A stretch of DNA of 64,000 bases. Origin: a virus. The notes below the pieces were generated by a model. The model ran no database searches and was not told the origin of the DNA. It saw only the letters and a list, made by a program, of their open reading frames with translations. Made by a program: the position numbers and the translations under genes. The stretch's first letter is position 1, and each line of letters begins with the position of its first letter. Where the stretch lies: positions 44,266 to 108,265 of the IMG/VR virus record IMGVR_UViG_3300021142_000012; one strand, written 5' to 3'. This document shows, in pieces, positions 57,587 through 64,000 of this stretch.

Positions 57587-58348
57587 ATGAAAGTCTATGA
57601 AATAATCGCAAATGAAGGAATCTTGGCTAAAGGGCTAGGAGCTCTGAAAGGTCTTGCTAAAAACTCTAAAGGAGTAGCAGCAGCTACATTGCCAGCAGTT
57701 GCCAGTGGTAAAACTGATGTAATGGCTAAGACCAGCAAGTTACTTGGGCTATTTACAACACTAGGTCTTGGACTCAGTGTTAATAGATACTTTCAACATA
57801 TGAAGGCTAACAAACAAGAGTTAGACAGCGGAAGTATCAGCAAAGAAGAATTTGACAGTCGTAGACAAGCTGAAGTAGCAGTCTTAACTGAAAGTATCGT
57901 GGCTACCTTGGCAGCACATACTATTACATTGATAGCACTGGGTCCAATAAGACTTATCCTTGGATTCATTCCGGGAACCAGCGGACTGGTTAGCCTACTG
58001 CATCTCACAGACGAAGCCGCTGGTGCTGCGGTCATTGCGTATCTTAACACTACCAGTGGCCGTGAACTGCTAGCCAAAACTCTAACACTGCCCATTATTG
58101 GTCAAGGTATTGAAACTGTGTTTGGTGCTGGCCCAGAATACATTTATTCACAGCTTGAAGCAGGTATTAGAAGTGCTATCGGTGCTCCACAGAACAAGTA
58201 TGCTCCGGGCAACTATGATAAGTTTAAAAAACCCAGTACCGGAGTAGACAGTACCAGCGGTGACAGTGCTATTACACTACCCAGCAACGATGCCAGTATC
58301 CGAGCAGGATGGCAAGCTGGTTCCGGATTTGCCAAGACTACAGATTAA
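57587..58348 (+). CDS. Hypothetical late protein with hydrophobic helices
   Basis: 253 aa; LLGLFTLGLGL-like and ITLIALGPIRLILGFIPG hydrophobic segments. Confidence 0.75.
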   Translation: MKVYEIIANEGILAKGLGALKGLAKNSKGVAAATLPAVASGKTDVMAKTSKLLGLFTTLGLGLSVNRYFQHMKANKQELDSGSISKEEFDSRRQAEVAVLTESIVATLAAHTITLIALGPIRLILGFIPGTSGLVSLLHLTDEAAGAAVIAYLNTTSGRELLAKTLTLPIIGQGIETVFGAGPEYIYSQLEAGIRSAIGAPQNKYAPGNYDKFKKPSTGVDSTSGDSAITLPSNDASIRAGWQAGSGFAKTTD

Positions 58349-58578
58349 ACCAAGGGCATTTGAGCAGTCTTGCTGGCTTCTAGATTTTCTTTAATTATTG
58401 CGTACATGGCTTCTCTGTCATCGCTAGAATAGATATGCAGTAGCTCGTGTAGAGTAACACCCCCACGCATGAACCAGCTTATTCTGCTGAGTTCTTCTTT
58501 AAACTGCTTAATTTCTTGTTCTTGCCTAACCAAGTACTCTTCAATTTCTTGGCTCGATAACCTAGTTAGGCGTTGCCG
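58345..58578 (-). CDS. gp51-like / 'T' part of tail-assembly chaperone, probably reached by -1 frameshift
   Basis: Frame open from 58578; only a TTG start without clear RBS; ISWFMRGG...DRE motif. Confidence 0.65.
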   Translation of the reverse strand, partial: RQRLTRLSSQEIEEYLVRQEQEIKQFKEELSRISWFMRGGVTLHELLHIYSSDDREAMYAIIKENLEASKTAQMPLV

Positions 58579-59390
58579 AAAAAATTTGATTGATCCAAGA
58601 ATACCGAAACAGTGTCCTCAGCGGAACAGGATTCGCAGATGACCTTGTGGGGCGGTGTGTCCCAGGCCTTTTGATTAGCAACAATCTGATCGCGTATTTT
58701 TAAAAATACATCCTTGTCCGAGTTTTCAAGCCATTCTTTGATCCATTCTTTTTCTGTAACTATACTGGATCCAGCATGTACTGATTCAATACCTGCACAG
58801 TAGATTTCTTTTTGTAGCTCGGCCATTTGTTCAAATAGACCGTTGACAAATTTTTTGCGTTCTTCTTCGTCCTCTATGTCGTTAGCTTGATTCATCTGGC
58901 GCTGCAAGGTAAAGTTTTTTTCAGCAAACTGCGATGATACACGATAGCTTAATGGTCGTATATAGACTTTAAATTGATCAAATACTACTTCGTTATCATA
59001 CTGGCATGTTTTAAAATGATCAATCATAGTGCCAAGATCTAAATCATAATCATTTTCTGTAGAACATTTACTACAGGTATGACCCATGCTGAGCATGTTG
59101 CCATAGGTAGCTATACGGATAGCCGCTAGTATTACTTCTAGATCTAAATTGCTGATTTCCCAAGCATCTTTGATATTAGGACAGCAGCTTTCGATCACTG
59201 TCACTGTACTTTCGCCTGTGATTAAAGCATCAGGAGTCTTAAGCATGATTTCATCCATTCCAGTCATACCAAATACAGGCATGTGATCCGGATCAACTAC
59301 TGATCCTGGCGGATTGTAAATGCCTTTTGAAGGTAAACTAATGTAGATTTTAGGTTGTCTAAAATACTTTTGTAATGGATTTGTGGCCAT
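58566..59390 (-). CDS. T4 gp26-like baseplate hub assembly / tail chaperone
   Basis: MATNPL...YISLPSKG, MTGMDEI, DLEVILAAIRIATYG, CSKC and CESC, ends NFFG; AGGAG RBS before ATG 59390. Confidence 0.8.
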   Translation of the reverse strand: MATNPLQKYFRQPKIYISLPSKGIYNPPGSVVDPDHMPVFGMTGMDEIMLKTPDALITGESTVTVIESCCPNIKDAWEISNLDLEVILAAIRIATYGNMLSMGHTCSKCSTENDYDLDLGTMIDHFKTCQYDNEVVFDQFKVYIRPLSYRVSSQFAEKNFTLQRQMNQANDIEDEEERKKFVNGLFEQMAELQKEIYCAGIESVHAGSSIVTEKEWIKEWLENSDKDVFLKIRDQIVANQKAWDTPPHKVICESCSAEDTVSVFLDQSNFFGNA

Positions 59391-59402
59391 ATCGGGCTCC
59401 TG

Positions 59403-59432
59403 ATAAATATAACTTATACCCGTGTATTTATA
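59403..59432. promoter_or_regulatory. Face-to-face late promoters
   Basis: ATAAATA (+) 59403-59409 and TATAAATA (-) 59425-59432. Confidence 0.65.
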
Positions 59433-59456
59433 TACGCACTTTTTAAGGAAAAAATA

Positions 59457-61451
59457 ATGCCTACCGTAGGAGAGATGGACGCTCAAGACTTTGCAAGAAT
59501 GAACGCTGATGCATTAAGAAGCGTCCTAGGTAATCGTACAGGTGACACTGGTGGTGGATTTGGTAGTTCAGGACAACAACTTGGCGATGGGCTAGGCGGT
59601 GCTATCAATGCTGCTGGTAAATTTGCTACAGGTCAATATGCTGCCGCCGATGCTACACAGCAAGCAACCGCAATGCTCAATAGGATTCCTGTTGCCGGCG
59701 GTATAATTTCTAATGCATTTAGTACTGTTGGTAATACAGCACTTACAATGAACCAAGCTCTTAATGATGCTGGTCAATCCGGTGGAAATTTTGGCAATAG
59801 ACTAGGCGAAGCTGCTGAAGCAGTACTAGGTGCTCGTATGTCGTTCAGCGAATATACCGAGACCATTAGAAAAAATGCAACTACAATAACAGCCTTTGGT
59901 GGCACAGTCAATGATGGTGCAAGAACCTTATTAGCTTTAGATAAGGGAGTTCAGGAAACTAATATTGCAAGAACACTGGTAGAAGCAGGGGTTAGCCAGA
60001 AAGAAATTAATGATGCTACTCTAGTTTATTATAACAGAGCGATCGGTATTAATAGATTAGACGAAGCGGGTAAACTACAAGCAGCAGAAAGTGCTGCAAG
60101 ATTCTCCGAAGAGCTAGATAAAAATGCTAGATTGTTTGGTAAGAGTCGTGCTGAGCAACAAAAAGATATTCAAGCACAACAAGATAAAGCAGCAGTTCAA
60201 GCCTACTATCTACAACAAGATCTCAAAGGAAGGCAAGCATTTAGTGACATGCAGGCAGCAGTAAGTCCGATGGGTCCTAAATTTATGGACATGGCTACTG
60301 AAATAACTTTATATGGACAAGTGCGTAGTCAAGATAGTAGATTGTTACAATCAGCTTTAGGACAAGCTGGTATCGATTTTCAAAATGCAGTATTAGAACA
60401 GAAAAATGCAAGAACCGATGAAGAAAAGAAACTAGCAAACGAACATATGGCAACAGCTAGACAAGCAGTTGATGCTAGGATGGCCACAAAGGAATTTACT
60501 AATCAAGCTATGCAAGCTGGAGTAACTAATAGTAAATCTGCTCAGGTGTTTAGTGAAGCTATTGCAGGCAGCAGAACACTATTAGCAGACAGAGCTGCAT
60601 TTGAGCAGGCAGCAGAAGAAGTACGCCAAGGCAAATTAAAAGCCGGTGACGATGCAGCATTTCAACTTAGAGTAAAACAAATAAATGACGAAAAAGCTGC
60701 TAAAGCCAAAGATGAACTAGCAGGCGCCGCTGGCGGTAAAAAAGATCCAGCGGCCGCAGTAGGTCGTACTCTAAATGATGTTAATGGTACACTAAAGGAT
60801 TTTAGTGCTGGCTTTGGCAAGACATTAAATGCAACTTCACTTAAAGTTGGAAAAGAAATATCCGATGCAGGATCACAGCTTGCTTCGGCTATTAGGAATG
60901 CACTACATCCTCGTACAGCTGACGAAGCTAACCGAGTATTTGACATTAACAAAATTGTTCCAGGTAGTGCAAGTCCTGCAGCCCGCGGAGATTATAATCC
61001 AGCTAATCCTCCTAAGAAATTAGCTTCGGGTACCATGGGAAGTTTTGGAGATTTCTTCCACGACTTTGGTGCAGAAAGTATAGACACATTCAAACTTCAT
61101 GGCAAAGAAATGGTACTTCCAGAAAATCAACTGCCGCAGTTTATGCAACAGTTTACTAGTCAGATGAAGGACAAGATTCCAAATCCGCAAGACATGATGA
61201 AGCAGATGCAAGGTGGCATGCAGGTTCCTTCAGAAATTTCAAATATGGTAAAATCGAGTGCAGCTTCTGCTCAAACCATGAATACAATGCCCTCAAACAG
61301 TGGATCAGTTACTCTAGATGTCCTGCACGATGATCTACAACGCTTAAATAAGAGCATCGAACAAATGGTAGCACATACCGAAACGTTAAAAGATAATTCG
61401 GGTAGACAAGTTAAAGCCACTAGGGCTATGGCCGGTAATAAGTTGGCCTAA
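59457..61451 (+). CDS. Tape-measure-like / baseplate hub protein (gp29-like)
   Basis: 664-aa Ala/Gln-rich helical protein; ASGT...LHGKEMV C-terminal motif; next to chaperone genes. Confidence 0.65.
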   Translation: MPTVGEMDAQDFARMNADALRSVLGNRTGDTGGGFGSSGQQLGDGLGGAINAAGKFATGQYAAADATQQATAMLNRIPVAGGIISNAFSTVGNTALTMNQALNDAGQSGGNFGNRLGEAAEAVLGARMSFSEYTETIRKNATTITAFGGTVNDGARTLLALDKGVQETNIARTLVEAGVSQKEINDATLVYYNRAIGINRLDEAGKLQAAESAARFSEELDKNARLFGKSRAEQQKDIQAQQDKAAVQAYYLQQDLKGRQAFSDMQAAVSPMGPKFMDMATEITLYGQVRSQDSRLLQSALGQAGIDFQNAVLEQKNARTDEEKKLANEHMATARQAVDARMATKEFTNQAMQAGVTNSKSAQVFSEAIAGSRTLLADRAAFEQAAEEVRQGKLKAGDDAAFQLRVKQINDEKAAKAKDELAGAAGGKKDPAAAVGRTLNDVNGTLKDFSAGFGKTLNATSLKVGKEISDAGSQLASAIRNALHPRTADEANRVFDINKIVPGSASPAARGDYNPANPPKKLASGTMGSFGDFFHDFGAESIDTFKLHGKEMVLPENQLPQFMQQFTSQMKDKIPNPQDMMKQMQGGMQVPSEISNMVKSSAASAQTMNTMPSNSGSVTLDVLHDDLQRLNKSIEQMVAHTETLKDNSGRQVKATRAMAGNKLA

Positions 61452-61461
61452 AGGATAATAC

Positions 61462-63210
61462 ATGAGTTGGAAAAAGTACTTTTCACCAGCACCTATTAGT
61501 AGCGGTGCACTAAGTCCAGTTAATGGAATGAATTCTACAGGCAGCCGTCCTGGCCCAGCTCGATCAAATTATTCAAGCTACTTACCAGATGTGTATGCCG
61601 GTGCACCAAATCGTTCAGAGCGTTATGCACAATACGAAACAATGGACTCAGATCCGGAAGTTAACGCAGCTCTAGATATCCTAGCAGAATTTTGTACACA
61701 AAAGAATAAAGACGGTAAGACTCCGTTTACTTTATTCTATCGCCATAAGGCAACTAATTCAGAAATACGTATCCTAGGTGAATATCTACAGCAATGGGCC
61801 AAGCTACAACGCTTTGATACTCGTATTTTCCGTATGGTTCGCAACGTATTCAAGTACGGTGATGCATTTTTTATTCGTGATCCTGAAACACAAAAATGGA
61901 CCTATGTAGATCCAACTAAGGTTACAAAAGTAATCGTAAATGAAAGTGAAGGCAAGAATCCAGAGCAGTATGTAATTAGAGATCTAGCACCAAACTTCCA
62001 AGATTTGATCGCTACAATGATCACTCCTAATGTAAATCCACGCATACCTAATGGTGGTATTGCTACAGGTGGTTCATACCTAGGCCAAGGTGGTGGTAGT
62101 GGTGGATCAACTGGCAGTGCTTACCCAACAAGTAGTACAGGTAGTCGCTTTACTATTGGACAAACAGAGCATGCAGTAGATGCAAAACATGTGGTACACC
62201 TTAGTTTATCAGAAGGGTTGGACAACATGTTCCCGTTTGGTAATAGCCTGTTGGAAAATATTTTTAAAGTTTACAAACAGAAAGAACTGCTTGAAGATGC
62301 TATTCTAATCTATCGTATACAACGTGCCCCAGAGCGCAGAGTGTTCCATATTGACGTAGGTAATATGCCAGCACACATGGCTATGGCCTTTGTTGAACGT
62401 GTTAAGAACGAAATACATCAACGCCGCATTCCATCGCAAACTGGTGGTGGACAGAATGTCATAGACAGTGCGTATAACCCGTTGAGTATCAACGAAGACT
62501 ACTTCTTTCCAACAACAGCAGAAGGTCGCGGCAGTAAAGTAGATACCTTGCCCGGTGGTACAAATCTTGGTGAAATTGACGACTTAAAGTATTTTACTAA
62601 TAAATTGTTCCGTGGTTTGCGTATCCCATCAAGCTATTTGCCAACAGGTGCAGATGATAGTCAAGCTAGTTATAATGATGGACGTGTAGGCACTGCTTAT
62701 ATTCAAGAGCTACGCTTTAACAAGTATTGTGAACGCTTACAAGCACTAATCACTGAAAAATTTGATCAAGAATTTAAGATGTATATGTTTAGTAAAGGTG
62801 CTAATATTGATCCTAGCCTCTTTGAACTTCGCTTTAATCCACCATTAAACTTTGCATCAAGCCGTCAAGCATCTTTAGATACAGAACGTATTAATACATT
62901 TAACACCATACAAGCAGTGCCGTTTATGAGCAAACGCTTTGCACTCAAACGCTTCTTGGGCTTAACCGATGAAGAGATTGCAGAAAATGAACGTCTATGG
63001 GGCGAAGAGACTGGCAAAGGTGAACCTACTGACACTGATGCATCAGGCGAACTACGCTCTGCAGGTCTGTCAGCAGCAGGTATTGAAGCTGATTTATCTT
63101 CAGCATCAGACACTAGCGCACCAGAAGACATGCAGGGAGAACCAGCAGAAGGCGATGCTGGCGTAGTTCCTCCTATTGCACCAAGCCCAACATCAGCACC
63201 AGCAGCATAA
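61462..63210 (+). CDS. gp20: Portal vertex protein, T4 gp20-like
   Basis: LLEDAILIYRIQRAPERRVFHIDVGNMP, EDYFFP..EGRGSKVDTLPGG.NLGEIDD..YF..KL...L.IP.S. Confidence 0.95.
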   Translation: MSWKKYFSPAPISSGALSPVNGMNSTGSRPGPARSNYSSYLPDVYAGAPNRSERYAQYETMDSDPEVNAALDILAEFCTQKNKDGKTPFTLFYRHKATNSEIRILGEYLQQWAKLQRFDTRIFRMVRNVFKYGDAFFIRDPETQKWTYVDPTKVTKVIVNESEGKNPEQYVIRDLAPNFQDLIATMITPNVNPRIPNGGIATGGSYLGQGGGSGGSTGSAYPTSSTGSRFTIGQTEHAVDAKHVVHLSLSEGLDNMFPFGNSLLENIFKVYKQKELLEDAILIYRIQRAPERRVFHIDVGNMPAHMAMAFVERVKNEIHQRRIPSQTGGGQNVIDSAYNPLSINEDYFFPTTAEGRGSKVDTLPGGTNLGEIDDLKYFTNKLFRGLRIPSSYLPTGADDSQASYNDGRVGTAYIQELRFNKYCERLQALITEKFDQEFKMYMFSKGANIDPSLFELRFNPPLNFASSRQASLDTERINTFNTIQAVPFMSKRFALKRFLGLTDEEIAENERLWGEETGKGEPTDTDASGELRSAGLSAAGIEADLSSASDTSAPEDMQGEPAEGDAGVVPPIAPSPTSAPAA

Positions 63211-63213
63211 ATA
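63207..63213 (+). promoter_or_regulatory. T4-type late promoter
   Basis: ATAAATA 5 nt before ATG 63219. Confidence 0.6.
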
Positions 63214-63218
63214 TCAAT

Positions 63219-63458
63219 ATGATTCTACGCGAACTATTCTATATAGATCCAGATACTAGACGCACATCTAACGATATGCGTTATGAACCTCACCTTGATT
63301 CAAGCACTATGCATCGTAATGATACACGTAAAACTAGACTAACTCTGCGTCAAATTAATGAATTACGCAAGGCTAGCGAAGCACACATATTAGAACAGGA
63401 ACAGGAACTAGACTTTATACATTCAATGTATTTTACACCCCCTGCACCCGCAGCATAA
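63219..63458 (+). CDS. Hypothetical head-region protein
   Basis: 79 aa, DTRKTRLTLRQIN; follows portal. Confidence 0.75.
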   Translation: MILRELFYIDPDTRRTSNDMRYEPHLDSSTMHRNDTRKTRLTLRQINELRKASEAHILEQEQELDFIHSMYFTPPAPAA

Positions 63459-63568
63459 CTATTTTTACTAAAAAATCTGTCGTTTTGACGGTATTTAAGG
63501 TACTATTTTACATTTAGGCGTAAATATCTTACAGCCTTGTATAACCATCATTCACAGGAGAACTAACA

Positions 63569-64000
63569 ATGACTGACCGTACTAATTTTGAAGCCATGCT
63601 TGAGGCATTGATCAACGAAGATCAAGAAACAGCAAAAGAAATTTTCCACAATATCGTAGTAGCTAAATCACGCGAAATCTATGAAGAACTTCTAGAATCC
63701 GATTTCAGCCAAGACCAAGGAAATCCTTACAAGAAGCATGAAGAAGAGTCTGCTGAAGAAGAGGAAGAAGAAGGTGAAGAGGAAGAAGAAGGTGAAGAAG
63801 AATCAGGTGACGAAGAAGGTGAAGAAGTTGGCGGCGATGAAGGCGACGACTTTGTAAGCGACGTTTCTGATGATGAAGAAGGTGAAGAAGGTGAAGAGCA
63901 CGGTGATATGGAAGATCGTGTTATGGATCTAGAAGATGCCTTAGAAGATCTAAAAGCAGAATTTGAACAACTAATGGCTGATGAAAATCACGAGCCAGAG
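63569..64000 (+). CDS. Acidic prohead core/scaffold-like protein (runs off window end)
   Basis: MTDRTNFEAMLEALINEDQETAKEIFHNIVV... then Glu/Asp tracts; AGGAG RBS; position after portal like T4 gp67. Confidence 0.65.
   Translation, partial: MTDRTNFEAMLEALINEDQETAKEIFHNIVVAKSREIYEELLESDFSQDQGNPYKKHEEESAEEEEEEGEEEEEGEEESGDEEGEEVGGDEGDDFVSDVSDDEEGEEGEEHGDMEDRVMDLEDALEDLKAEFEQLMADENHEPE

Noticed and set aside
59391-59486. N-terminal extension of the gp26-like ORF
   Set aside because: It crosses promoters and the opposite gene; ATG 59390 has the RBS
63740-63900. GAAGAAGGT-type tandem repeats
   Set aside because: Simply encode the Glu/Gly-rich tract of the acidic head protein
1-64000. Stop-codon reassignment as in some jumbo phages
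   Set aside because: Genes are full length in the standard code, and TAA, TAG and TGA all end genes at expected positions

Overview
This window is part of a large, AT-rich T4-related myovirus (jumbo-like) genome. ORFs are intact in the standard genetic code, and I saw no CRISPR array, tRNA or rRNA. 1-9.3 kb (+): 3' end of an RNase H/5'-3' exonuclease, a flavin-dependent (tryptophan-type) halogenase, hypotheticals, a MoxR AAA+ ATPase with a metallopeptidase-VWA partner, and thyX. 9.2-52.7 kb (-): one long block with a six-gene glycosyltransferase-like cassette, tail-fibre and collar proteins, a sedolisin (S53) protease, a 5,377-aa baseplate/adhesin protein and gp6/gp25/gp5/hub/gp53/tube-initiator-like baseplate genes. 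52.7-64 kb: gp55-like late sigma factor, gp47/gp46, an Hc1-like protein, a minimal GIY-YIG nuclease, a gp26/gp51-like chaperone pair, a tape-measure-like gene, gp20 portal and the start of an acidic prohead-core-like gene. Both sigma70 promoters and T4-type late promoters (ATAAATA) can be read directly. The main unexplained signals are: (1) a ~480-nt ORF-free, densely base-paired, pseudoknotted RNA-like element directly after the catalytic-domain-only GIY-YIG gene, a candidate nuclease-ncRNA system or origin/primer RNA; (2) a U UUU UUC slippery site plus stem-loop that fuses the gp26-like chaperone to the next ORF, like lambda G/GT; (3) a cluster of GC-GNA-GC DNA mini-hairpins written into gp46 through atypical codons. 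All family assignments come from motif recognition, not database searches.
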